Shown here: positions 31,074 through 40,255 of the stretch, piece by piece
Layout of the letters: every line of letters starts with the position of its first letter
How positions within the stretch are numbered: the stretch's first letter is position 1
DNA from: Verrucomicrobiota bacterium
Lineage (GTDB): Bacteria > Verrucomicrobiota > Verrucomicrobiia > Limisphaerales > AAA164-E04
Assembly: GCA_047947115.1 (NCBI GenBank)
Contig: CP170459.1
Span: 4,448,001 to 4,512,000, forward strand
Reading direction: 5' to 3'
DNA length: 64,000 nucleotides
Made by a program: the position numbers and the translations under genes
Notes under the pieces: model-generated
What the model was told of the DNA's origin: nothing
What the model saw: only the letters and a program-made list of their open reading frames with translations
The model's database searches: none

Positions 31074-31559
31074 CTATTGAAGTGTATCCAAAACCGACTT
31101 CACCCGATAGGTTTTCAATGATTCCCGAACCATGTCCCGCTCCCCTATCTCTGGAAACATTAGGTAACTTGGTGCGATGATTGGACTGACTGTTTCTGGT
31201 TCAAATTCAATGACAGCATGTATGGGGAACTTGGGACCTATGTAACGTCTTAGTTTTGCATAATGAATTTGAAAGCCTTCGTGGCCATCCCTCAACACAC
31301 AAGCTTTCCCGTGGATCTTGAATCCCTTTTGAACGAACACATCGAGAAAGCTCAGGCAGGCAAACCCATTTGATTCCAAGTTTCCCACAGATTGTGGCGA
31401 TGCAATATGGGCAATCAATATCTTCCCGTGCCCGTCATGCATGAATGCCTCTTTCGGACTGACATTGGGCATACCATCCTTGGAAACCGTCGCCAACCAG
31501 CAAAGCACACTGGTTTCCATGCGCTCGAGCACCTCTTCCGACAAAACTTTGGAAGTCAT
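31074..31559 (-). CDS. Pyridoxamine 5'-phosphate oxidase-like FMN-binding split-barrel protein
   Basis: SVLCWLATVSKDGMPNVSPKE, QKGFKIHG, PIIAPSY. Confidence 0.85.
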   Translation of the reverse strand: MTSKVLSEEVLERMETSVLCWLATVSKDGMPNVSPKEAFMHDGHGKILIAHIASPQSVGNLESNGFACLSFLDVFVQKGFKIHGKACVLRDGHEGFQIHYAKLRRYIGPKFPIHAVIEFEPETVSPIIAPSYLMFPEIGERDMVRESLKTYRVKSVLDTLQ

Positions 31560-31574
31560 AAAGATTCACAAAGG

Positions 31575-32948
31575 TTAAGCCCCCACTTCGGTCAAACTTT
31601 CCTCAAGAATGTCCAGCGCCTGATCCATTTCAGCATCACTGATGGTCAAAGGCGGTGTCAGGGTCAGGATATTGCCCATAGTAATCTTGAAATTCAAACC
31701 GCGTTCAAGGCAGGCATACATGACCGCTTCGGCTTCCTGAATGGCACGTTCTCCGTTGGCCTTGTCGCGCAAAAGTTCCATCCCCATGAGCAAGCCACGC
31801 CCGCGCACATCGCCGATCATCGGATGAGTCGAAGCCATGGATTTCATACGCTCCATCGCCCGACTCCCCTGACGGATGGCATTTTCCAACAAGCCCTCGG
31901 ATTCGATCACCTCGATGGCCGCCAGGGCCGCCGCACACGCAACCGGATTCTTCTCGTGCGTATAGTGACCCAAGGCCTTTTCAGGCATGGCCTGGTTCAA
32001 TCCTTCACGGGCAATCAAGGCGGCCAAAGGGAAAATGCCCCCTCCCAGCCCTTTCCCGATCACCACCATATCCGGCACAATCCCGTAATGCTCGAAGGTA
32101 AACATTCTGCCGGTTCGCCCCAGACAATGAGGAACTTCATCCAGAATCAACAAAGCCCCATGCTTGTCACAGGCACGGCGAATGTTCGTCCAATAATCAG
32201 CAGGCGGTATAAACGGCGTTGACCGAACCGTCTCGGCTACCACCGCGGCCACATCCCCTTCCTTTTCCAAAACGTATTCGACATAGTCCGCACAGGATAA
32301 ATTACAAGCGGCTCCGCATCTGAATGGACAATGTTTATGGTCGGGTGGCGGCACATGTTCGCAACCTGGAAGCAAGGGACCGATACCACTGCGAAAAATG
32401 GATTCACCTCCTATGGAAATGGCGTCAAGGGAAGCCCCATGAAACGAGTCCCACATGGAAATTGTTTTATGGCGTCCGGTGGCGGCCCGCGCAAGTTTCA
32501 ATGCCATGCCGATGGCAGAAGTTCCGCCTGGCGCGAACAATACACGATTCAAATCGCCCGGTGCAAGGGAGACGAGTTTCTGCGCCAGTTGAATGGAAAC
32601 TTCATTGGTGTAACGACGCGTGCAGAAGGACATCTTCTGCATCTGCCGGGTCACCGCCTCCACCACCCTGGGATGACCAAAGCCAACCTGGTGAACATTG
32701 TTCCCATGAAAATCCAGAATCTTTCTTCCCTGGGCGTCCTTCAGATAAACTCCCTCACAGCCTGTGAGAACATTCAAACAAGGTGAAGAGAGAGACTGAT
32801 GCAGAAACACATCGGAATCGGCATCCAGCATCACCCGGGTTGCATCATCTATGTGCTTGTTCGACCAGGTCTGCCGGGCAGGCGAAAGATTGATATCACC
32901 TTCGGACCGCAAGTGGTCCAAATCTTTGATTTCCTCGGGTGTGTTCAT
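31575..32948 (-). CDS. pbfA: (R)-1-hydroxy-2-aminoethylphosphonate ammonia-lyase (class III PLP enzyme)
   Basis: SEGDINL, FLHQSLSSPCL, DFHGNNVHQVG, SMWDSFHGASLDAISIGGE, GKGLGGG, GHYTHEKNP. It is in an operon with phnW. Confidence 0.85.
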   Translation of the reverse strand: MNTPEEIKDLDHLRSEGDINLSPARQTWSNKHIDDATRVMLDADSDVFLHQSLSSPCLNVLTGCEGVYLKDAQGRKILDFHGNNVHQVGFGHPRVVEAVTRQMQKMSFCTRRYTNEVSIQLAQKLVSLAPGDLNRVLFAPGGTSAIGMALKLARAATGRHKTISMWDSFHGASLDAISIGGESIFRSGIGPLLPGCEHVPPPDHKHCPFRCGAACNLSCADYVEYVLEKEGDVAAVVAETVRSTPFIPPADYWTNIRRACDKHGALLILDEVPHCLGRTGRMFTFEHYGIVPDMVVIGKGLGGGIFPLAALIAREGLNQAMPEKALGHYTHEKNPVACAAALAAIEVIESEGLLENAIRQGSRAMERMKSMASTHPMIGDVRGRGLLMGMELLRDKANGERAIQEAEAVMYACLERGLNFKITMGNILTLTPPLTISDAEMDQALDILEESLTEVGA

Positions 32949-32955
32949 GTGGCAA

Positions 32956-33807
32956 TCAGTTTTGAGAAGACTCGATTTCAAGCAGAATGGATCGAAGGCG
33001 TTTCAAACGGTCTGTATTGATAAAATCCACTCCCATCCCATGAGCCTTTCTCCAGAATGCGCCGGTCTCTGGCGTGCTCCAAAACCGTATCTTCCTCCCT
33101 TGTTCATGCGCCTTGCCTATGATGTGCCTCAGCTTCACCTCTTCCACTTCAGTCATGGTCCCGCGACCGTTCCATACGAAATGATCCGTCCAGTTTTCAC
33201 TGATCCATGGGATTAAATCAGGGGCGGCCTTATTGTCGTCCATGTCTTTAAACCGACCATCTATAAACGCCAGACGATGGGTCTCGGATGCCAACAATTC
33301 AGTGGGACGATTGCCGGAAATCACAATCGTCACCGCTTTCTTCTGAACACCGTCGGAACCGAATTCAGTCAGCATTTCCTGATAATCCTTCAAAACGTTC
33401 CGGAGCGCGCGGTAGGTTTCCTCAGCTTCGGATTTGAAATCAATCATCAGATGAAATTCCGGACCATCCGGATAGATTCTTCCACCATAATTGCGTGCAC
33501 GTTGCAAAAGCGGATCGAGATATAAATTGGTGAGGCGTCGGGTTGATTTGAGATCTTCCCGGTCATGCGCCACCCACAGATCTCCGTCGACCAGGTAAAC
33601 ATCGGCTTCCACGCTGCAGAACCCTGCATCCAACGCATCGAGCAGAGGGCGTTGATGCGCATAATCATTGTGAGCATGGGCACGATCCAGCGGTGTGACC
33701 TGGGCTTGCAGCAGAGCGAGCTGACAATCAACCAGCAGCGACAGACACAACATACCCAAAATCCAACGACTCAATGATTGACGCTCCATTTTTATTATCC
33801 TGATCAT
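32956..33807 (-). CDS. Exported PI-PLC / glycerophosphodiester phosphodiesterase superfamily protein
   Basis: Signal peptide, then AHAHNDY..RPL.DAL..GF.SVEADV, VAHD, LMIDFK, ISGNRP, FIDGR, RFWSTPE, GVDFINTD. The start is 33807 or 33789. Confidence 0.85.
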   Translation of the reverse strand: MIRIIKMERQSLSRWILGMLCLSLLVDCQLALLQAQVTPLDRAHAHNDYAHQRPLLDALDAGFCSVEADVYLVDGDLWVAHDREDLKSTRRLTNLYLDPLLQRARNYGGRIYPDGPEFHLMIDFKSEAEETYRALRNVLKDYQEMLTEFGSDGVQKKAVTIVISGNRPTELLASETHRLAFIDGRFKDMDDNKAAPDLIPWISENWTDHFVWNGRGTMTEVEEVKLRHIIGKAHEQGRKIRFWSTPETGAFWRKAHGMGVDFINTDRLKRLRSILLEIESSQN

Positions 33808-33814
33808 GTCACCC

Positions 33815-34942
33815 TTACAACTGAATACCCATATCATCCAGAGCACCTCGAATGGCTCCCAACAAGGCACGCACATCGGATTCAAAAATGCGCCCGATGG
33901 AACCAATGCGAAACAGATCCACCTGACTGATCTTGCCTGGATAAATAATCATTCCCCGGTCACTCAGGTTTCTGTAAAACGCTTCGAATGTGAATGCCGG
34001 ATCATTTGGAAAATGGAAGCTTGTGATGAGGTAGCTCTGTACACCGGCATCGAGATACGAAGTAAACCCCAGCTTTCGCATCCCTTCAATCAACACTTCA
34101 TGATTGCGCTGATACCGCTTTGCCCGCCCCTCGATACCACCCTCCATATCAAGTTCCTTAAGTGCTTGTTCAAAAGCCAGAAGGGAGTGGGTTGGCGGTG
34201 AGTAGCGGAATTGACCATTCTTCTCGAAACCTCTCAGTTGGGCCGCCAGATCCATGCTCAGACATCGCGTAGCGGATTCATTGGCCAGGAGAGGTTCCCG
34301 CTTTGCGATCACCAGCGAAAACCCCGGAACACCCTCGATACACTTATTGGCGGAAGAGATCAGAAAATCGATGCCGCACGCTTCAAAATCAATCGGCATC
34401 GCACCAAAGCTGCTCATCGCGTCCACGATGTACGATCGACCAGCCCGTCGGACCACTTGACCGATGGCTTCGATGGGATTGACGATTCCCGTCGTGGTCT
34501 CGCAGTGCACAACCGCTACATGTGAAATTCCGGCATCTGCTTCAAGGCGAGCAGCAATTTCGGCAGGATCCGGCGGAGTATCCTCGCCCGTTCGATAGGC
34601 ATCAAAATCAATGCGCAGACACTTGAGCATCGCCATCATGCGCTCGCCATAAGCGCCATTACTGACCACCAACACCTTCCCCCCATCCGGCACAGCGGTG
34701 GAAAAAACGGATTCCACTCCAAACGTGCCGCTTCCCTGGAGTAAAACGCACTCGTAACCCTGCTCACGGGTGACGTTCGCAAGTTGCAGCAGTTTTTCAC
34801 GGATAGCCTTGACCTTGGCATTGAATTCAAAATGCCAGGAACCGGCGTCCCGGAGCATGGCCTGCTTGACTGTCAGACTCGTTGTCAGTGGTCCGGGAGT
34901 GAACAATACTTTGTCCCTTGAGCTTGGGATATCGATAATCAT
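33815..34942 (-). CDS. phnW: 2-aminoethylphosphonate--pyruvate transaminase
   Basis: LFTPGPLTTS.TVKQAML.D.GS, LQGSGTFGVE, NGAYGERM, VHCETTTG, VDAMSSFG, SSANKCIEGVPGF, IYPGK. Confidence 0.96.
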   Translation of the reverse strand: MIIDIPSSRDKVLFTPGPLTTSLTVKQAMLRDAGSWHFEFNAKVKAIREKLLQLANVTREQGYECVLLQGSGTFGVESVFSTAVPDGGKVLVVSNGAYGERMMAMLKCLRIDFDAYRTGEDTPPDPAEIAARLEADAGISHVAVVHCETTTGIVNPIEAIGQVVRRAGRSYIVDAMSSFGAMPIDFEACGIDFLISSANKCIEGVPGFSLVIAKREPLLANESATRCLSMDLAAQLRGFEKNGQFRYSPPTHSLLAFEQALKELDMEGGIEGRAKRYQRNHEVLIEGMRKLGFTSYLDAGVQSYLITSFHFPNDPAFTFEAFYRNLSDRGMIIYPGKISQVDLFRIGSIGRIFESDVRALLGAIRGALDDMGIQL

Positions 34943-35140
34943 CTGCTTTGTTTAATCAAATTGATGGCTTCATGGCGTCCGCCCAAGGCCACTTGAAAAG
35001 ACACATACGGCGCGCACGGATTAGTGCGTAACATAGTTCGAAAGATTAGGCAATGGCAGAGAAAAACCAAAGAATGCTCAACCTTGACAAACCAAAATCA
35101 AACGCATCATTCTGTTCGGGTGCACAATCTTCCATACAAA

Positions 35141-36247
35141 ATGAGAACCATGTTGTTCGGGATCACCCTACTGTCTTTGAGCTTTTCCGACAGGATGCAT
35201 TCGCAGGACTACCTACAGGTTCACATACAGTTTTATGATGTTCGCCCGATTGGAGAATCCCTTCAAGCAGTGCTGATGCCTGGATTCGGAGACATTTTGG
35301 AAAAGGCGGACAAGATTCCGGCATTGACCCTCAGGGGGCCTAAAGGCAGACGGTATACCATAGAAACCTCGTCCACGATCGGCCCGGAGGCACGTTGGAA
35401 ACCCCTCACGACCGTGACATTGGGAACCACCCCCAGCCTGGCGCTGGACATTGAAGGAAAAGGAGCCAAGGCACGTTTTTTCAGAACCCGTCTGATTCCC
35501 GAAAAGCCCCCCATTGGCAATCCCAATCCGGAGCGCCTTGTCTGGATTCCGGCCGGAACGTTCATCATGGGCAGTCCTCCCGATGAACAAAACCGGGACA
35601 CGGACGAACAACCCCTCACCCAGGTCACATTCACAAAAGGCTTCTGGATGGACAAATTCGAGGTCACCCAGAAGGATTATGTGGAGATCATGGGTTCCAA
35701 CCCTTCACGTTTCAAACCAGGAGAAAACAGGCCTGTTGACAACGTCACCTGGAGCTGGGCCATGGAATACTGCGAAAAACTTACGCAGCGAGAACAAGCG
35801 GCCGGTCGCCTGCCAGAGGGTTTCGTATACCGCCTGCCGACCGAAGCCGAATGGGAATACGCATGCCGAGCGGGAACCACCACACGTTATTCACACGGAA
35901 ATGATCTGGAATTCAAATTGTTTAACGACTACGCCTGGCACCTGAACAACAGCAACAATCAAACGCACGATGTCGGCACCAAGTTGCCGAATCCCTGGGG
36001 TATTTACGGATTACACGGAGGCGTTTATGAATGGTGCCTGGGATGGCACGTCTTTTATCCCGGGGGGAGTGTCACCGACTACATCAGCCTGCCCGGACAG
36101 GACCATGTTCTGAGGGGCGGCGCATGGAGTGACTTGCCAATGAATGGTCGAGCCGCCGAGCGCCATTGGTTCGGGCTGAATCTCTCCTATGGGAACATCG
36201 GTTTCAGAGTGATCCTTGCAGATCCGTATGCATTGGTTAGCCATTGA
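35141..36247 (+). CDS. Formylglycine-generating-enzyme (SUMF1) domain protein, exported, probably non-catalytic
   Basis: IPAGTFIMGSP, FEVTQ, RLPTEAEWEYACRAG, PNPWGIY, VLRGGAW, IGFRV. It lacks the FGE catalytic Cys pair. The ATG at 35141 is preferred. Confidence 0.88.
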   Translation: MRTMLFGITLLSLSFSDRMHSQDYLQVHIQFYDVRPIGESLQAVLMPGFGDILEKADKIPALTLRGPKGRRYTIETSSTIGPEARWKPLTTVTLGTTPSLALDIEGKGAKARFFRTRLIPEKPPIGNPNPERLVWIPAGTFIMGSPPDEQNRDTDEQPLTQVTFTKGFWMDKFEVTQKDYVEIMGSNPSRFKPGENRPVDNVTWSWAMEYCEKLTQREQAAGRLPEGFVYRLPTEAEWEYACRAGTTTRYSHGNDLEFKLFNDYAWHLNNSNNQTHDVGTKLPNPWGIYGLHGGVYEWCLGWHVFYPGGSVTDYISLPGQDHVLRGGAWSDLPMNGRAAERHWFGLNLSYGNIGFRVILADPYALVSH

Positions 36248-36260
36248 CCGCAAAGAACGG

Positions 36261-37514
36261 CTAGCGACGTTGCCGCTCCAGATCACTCCACGATTTCCCG
36301 TCAGGAAGCACGCCCAATGCCTCCTGAATGAAGGGACGCATATCTTTCATCAATACCGCATTCGGCTGGCAACGCAGCACCATGCCGTCCATATACATCA
36401 AACTTCGAATCACACTGAAAATACCTCGTTCAAAGTGCATACCATGGTGCACCCCCAGCTTGATGGTGCTCATCATCTGACGTGTCAGACTGATTTCGGA
36501 GACTGTCCGATCGGTAAAGTCGGCATACAGATCCAATAACCGCCTTTCAAATTCCGCATAATCATTATGCTTGATCTGAACGTCCGACATCTGATGCAAG
36601 GCTCGGGCGCAGGCAGGATAGTCATATTGGGACAAGGCTTTGAAAAAATAGAAAAGCCCCAGACGCAACCGCTCACTGACTTTCCCTACAAAGCCCGTGT
36701 CCACCATCGTCCACTGATTATTTCGCAGGATGACATTTCCAGGATGCAGATCACCATGAAAAGTCCCCACACAAAAGAGAAAAAAACCATGCAACCGAAA
36801 CAAATCCAACAGTTGATCATATTCCAAACGATTTGACTCCAGCAGTTCATCAACCGTTTCTCCTTCTACATATTCAGACACCATGACCGATGCGTTAGAT
36901 AGTTCCGAATAAACCCTGGGAAACCGCAGGGAAGTCAGGTCGAAGCGTTTTCCTTGGGCCCGCTGGATCTCCTTTAAGACCTGTTGACCCTGCAGTTCAT
37001 GTCGCAAATCCAGTTCACTCATGGTGAATGTTTCCAGGTCATCCAAAATCCTCACCGGATCTCCAGCTCGCTTGAGGGCTGGATAGAGACGAGTCACCAC
37101 CTTCAGCAGCCGACGAAGCTTTTGAACCTCACGCGCAAAGTTGACCGTGACATTGCGCTTGACCAACTTAATGACGACAGGCGATCCATCGAGGAGAGCC
37201 GCACGATGCACCTGCCCAATGGAAGCAGATGCCAAAGGGATGCTTTCAATACTGTCAAAGGCATCTCTGGAATCAGGCGCAAGCGCATCCAGAACAAGCC
37301 GCTCAAACCGACCGGAATCGAGGATTTTGTTCCGACGATAAAGCCGGCACAGGTGCATGCATCTTTCACGATCCAGAAAATCAATCCGAAGGGCGTGCAT
37401 CTGACCGATCTTGATCGCAAGAAGCCCCTGTTTTTCAATCCAATCAAGATCAGGCAATCGCCCGCGCGCTCCGTACAGCTCCCAAATGAGTCGACTGAAC
37501 TGAATCGCATTCAT
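36261..37514 (-). CDS. AarF/UbiB/ABC1 family atypical kinase
   Basis: KIGQ (KxGQ), LASASIGQVHRA, VVIK, FHGDLHPGN, VDTG. Confidence 0.92.
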   Translation of the reverse strand: MNAIQFSRLIWELYGARGRLPDLDWIEKQGLLAIKIGQMHALRIDFLDRERCMHLCRLYRRNKILDSGRFERLVLDALAPDSRDAFDSIESIPLASASIGQVHRAALLDGSPVVIKLVKRNVTVNFAREVQKLRRLLKVVTRLYPALKRAGDPVRILDDLETFTMSELDLRHELQGQQVLKEIQRAQGKRFDLTSLRFPRVYSELSNASVMVSEYVEGETVDELLESNRLEYDQLLDLFRLHGFFLFCVGTFHGDLHPGNVILRNNQWTMVDTGFVGKVSERLRLGLFYFFKALSQYDYPACARALHQMSDVQIKHNDYAEFERRLLDLYADFTDRTVSEISLTRQMMSTIKLGVHHGMHFERGIFSVIRSLMYMDGMVLRCQPNAVLMKDMRPFIQEALGVLPDGKSWSDLERQRR

Positions 37515-39034
37515 CAGACTTGTGTGTTCTTGGAAACGTAAGGCACCTGATACCGTTTGCAGATCAGATTTGCGGCGATCCTTCCCGACTCATAAATGGT
37601 GGGCAATCCACTTCCGGGATGCGTGCCTCCTCCCACCAGAAAACAATGATCCAGTTCTTCGAATTGATTGTGAGGCCGGAAGTAAAGCATCTGAGAAAGC
37701 TTATGTGAAAGATTGAAGGTGGCTCCGTATTGAATCCCCTTTTGCTCCCAATCGTCGGGTCCGAGAACCATCTCCTCCTTGATGTGATCACTCAAGCCAG
37801 TCAGTCCTCCGCGCGTTTCCACGGCATGAATCAACCGGTTCCTGAAAGGTGCTTTCTCGACCGACCAGTCAATGTCCGCCGTCAAGTTGGGAACAGGGAC
37901 CAAAACATACAATGCCGAGTGACCATCGGGAGCAAGTGAGGGATCGGTCACACTTGCATTTCGAATGTAAAAGGAGTTTTCCACCGATAGTTGCTTTCGC
38001 TGAAAAATGTCTTCAATGTTTTGTTTGTAATCCCTGGCAAAAAAGATGGTGTGATGTGGCAGGTCATACATTTTGTCCACACCAAGGTAGAGCATGAAAG
38101 TCGAACAGGAATAGTCCATGCTGTCTACTTTTTCGGGCCGATATTTCTTAAGCACCCCCGGAGGAACCAGATGCTTCATCGCATAACCAAAGTCGGCATT
38201 GAGGACCACTTCATCCGCTGTCAGGCGTTCACCATTCTCCAACTCCACCCCCTTCACTGCCCTGCCCCGCACCATGAGCTGTTTGACAGGTGTGTTCAAA
38301 CGAATGTCCACTCCATGTTCTTCGCATACTTTCGCCATGGCTTCGGATATTTCGCTCAACCCACCCTGTGTGTGATAAATACCGTAAGCATGCTCCATGA
38401 AGGCCAACATGGCAAAAGCGCCGGGACATTCCCAAGCCGACATGCCCAGATATTTGGACTGAAAGGTAAAAGCCAGTTTCAGTAATTCATCCTTGAAATA
38501 TCCGCTCAACACGTCCATCACCGAAGACCCCAACTGGAGATGGGGCAATGCTCTCAAGGCGTCCTTGCAAAAATAACTCTTGATGGAGGAATAATCCTTT
38601 TGAAGACAGGGCGCCATGCGTCGAAACCTTTCCTGCTCGGTTTCCAAAAACCTCCAATAACCTTCGGCATTGCCCGGAAATTTTTCATTCAGTTGCTTAA
38701 GCATCTGGGCATGATCAGTGGTCGGCTCGATAGAGGTATCGGCAAATTGCAGACGATACATGGGTTCCAGTTTCACAAAATCGAGATAGTCCGCACTGTC
38801 TCGCCCCGACTCTTCGAACACCTCGTCCAGCAGGTACTTCATCATCAAAAAAGTGGGGCCCGTATCGAATTTATACCCATTCAAGTCAATCGAAGCGCTC
38901 CTGCCTCCTACTCGATCGTTTTTTTCAACCAGGGTCACTTTAAAACCTCGTGCCGCCAAAAGCATGGCTGAAGTAAGCCCTCCTGGTCCTGCGCCAACAA
39001 CGATGATGTGTTTTTTGTGTTTCGTTCCACTCAT
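37514..39034 (-). CDS. crtI: Phytoene/diapophytoene desaturase family (CrtI/CrtN-type)
   Basis: VVGAGPGGL, FDTGPTF, FQSKYLGMS, SCSTFMLYLG, LYVLVPVPN, FLVGGGTHPGSGLPTIYESG. C30 versus C40 specificity cannot be resolved from sequence. Confidence 0.88.
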   Translation of the reverse strand: MSGTKHKKHIIVVGAGPGGLTSAMLLAARGFKVTLVEKNDRVGGRSASIDLNGYKFDTGPTFLMMKYLLDEVFEESGRDSADYLDFVKLEPMYRLQFADTSIEPTTDHAQMLKQLNEKFPGNAEGYWRFLETEQERFRRMAPCLQKDYSSIKSYFCKDALRALPHLQLGSSVMDVLSGYFKDELLKLAFTFQSKYLGMSAWECPGAFAMLAFMEHAYGIYHTQGGLSEISEAMAKVCEEHGVDIRLNTPVKQLMVRGRAVKGVELENGERLTADEVVLNADFGYAMKHLVPPGVLKKYRPEKVDSMDYSCSTFMLYLGVDKMYDLPHHTIFFARDYKQNIEDIFQRKQLSVENSFYIRNASVTDPSLAPDGHSALYVLVPVPNLTADIDWSVEKAPFRNRLIHAVETRGGLTGLSDHIKEEMVLGPDDWEQKGIQYGATFNLSHKLSQMLYFRPHNQFEELDHCFLVGGGTHPGSGLPTIYESGRIAANLICKRYQVPYVSKNTQV

Positions 39035-39038
39035 TTAA

Positions 39039-39098
39039 TTATACAAATTTTATACAAAAAATCATTTTAAACCCTGTTTGGCAAACTTTTTTTAGACA
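39039..39098 (-). promoter_or_regulatory. Putative CarH/LitR-type operator (11-bp direct repeats) upstream of crtI
   Basis: TTATACAAATT TTATACAAAAA in tandem (TATACA at 39040 and 39051) plus TAGACA at 39093, directly upstream of the crtI ATG. Confidence 0.5.
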
Positions 39099-39368
39099 AT
39101 TTTCAGTCTATCGTCCTTCTTAGATGTGAGGATGCGGAAGACAACACACAGCCATGAATGTTCCATCTTGTTATTGGACTGTATGTAACAAAATCACCCA
39201 CCTTCATGGCCAACTTCGTGTCCAGCTTTTGTTGAGATCATTGATCAGGCCTTAATCTAAAACCGAGGGTCTCTGCATTCAGAAAAACAGATCATATCTC
39301 CTTCTTGATTCGTTCGCGAAGTCCAACCCTTTCTTCTGAGATTGAATCCCTTTGTGCTCTCTGTCAGG

Positions 39369-40226
39369 ATGCCGTGCATGGAGCATTCGGTTGAAGGTTT
39401 TTCAGGATTTGTTGAATTTGCGGCGCACTTTCAAAAACGCCAGTCCATCCAGTATGTGCTGTTCGATTTTGACGGGACGTTGTCACTGGTAAGGGAGGGA
39501 TGGCCCGAGGTCATGTTGCCGATGTTCGTCGAGATGCTCCCTCACCGGGAGGACGACACCGAGGAATCCGTTCGAAAAATGCTGTTGGATGACATCATGA
39601 AACTGAACGGAAAGCAGACCATATACCAAATGATCCAGCTGGCCGAACGCATCAAGGAACGCGGGGGCACACCCAAGGATCCCCTCTGGTACAAACACGA
39701 ATACCTGCGCCGCCTCGACCTGCGTATCCAGAACCGCAAGGATGCGATTCTTTCAGGGGAAATCAAACAGGACGATTACGTGGTCCATGGAGCACGTCAC
39801 CTGTTGGAAGTGTTGACTGAAAAGGGACTCCCCGTCTATCTGGCCAGCGGAACGGACGAACCATTCGTCAAAGAAGAAGCTCGCATCCTGGGACTTGACC
39901 ACTTTTTTAAAGGCCACATCTATGGCGCTCTGGATGATTACAAATCGTTTTCAAAGAAAATGGTGATTGAACGCATCATTCGGGAAAACAATATCCCCGG
40001 TGAAAGTCTGATGTCCTTTGGCGATGGTTATGTGGAAATCGAAAACACCAAGGAAGTGGGGGGCCTGGCAATCGCTGTGGCGACGGACGAAGCCAACAAT
40101 GGGAGCGGCAACATTGACGCATGGAAGCGCAACCGACTCGCTGGGGTAGGTGCGGATGTGGTCATTCCTGACTACCGGGATATCGATGCACTGCTACCCC
40201 GCCTGACCGATTCCCCGGCGTTTTAA
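39369..40226 (+). CDS. HAD family hydrolase
   Basis: LFDFDGTLSLVREGW motif I, YLASGTD, FSK, FGDGYVEIE. The start is uncertain (39342-39378). Confidence 0.9.
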   Translation: MPCMEHSVEGFSGFVEFAAHFQKRQSIQYVLFDFDGTLSLVREGWPEVMLPMFVEMLPHREDDTEESVRKMLLDDIMKLNGKQTIYQMIQLAERIKERGGTPKDPLWYKHEYLRRLDLRIQNRKDAILSGEIKQDDYVVHGARHLLEVLTEKGLPVYLASGTDEPFVKEEARILGLDHFFKGHIYGALDDYKSFSKKMVIERIIRENNIPGESLMSFGDGYVEIENTKEVGGLAIAVATDEANNGSGNIDAWKRNRLAGVGADVVIPDYRDIDALLPRLTDSPAF

Positions 40227-40255
40227 AAGGCCAAAACTCTGACTTTGCTCAAATC

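Noticed and set aside
39369..40226. HAD hydrolase as the missing phosphonatase PhnX
   Set aside because: Motif I is DFDGT rather than the PhnX-type DWAGT, and the gene belongs to a separate operon.
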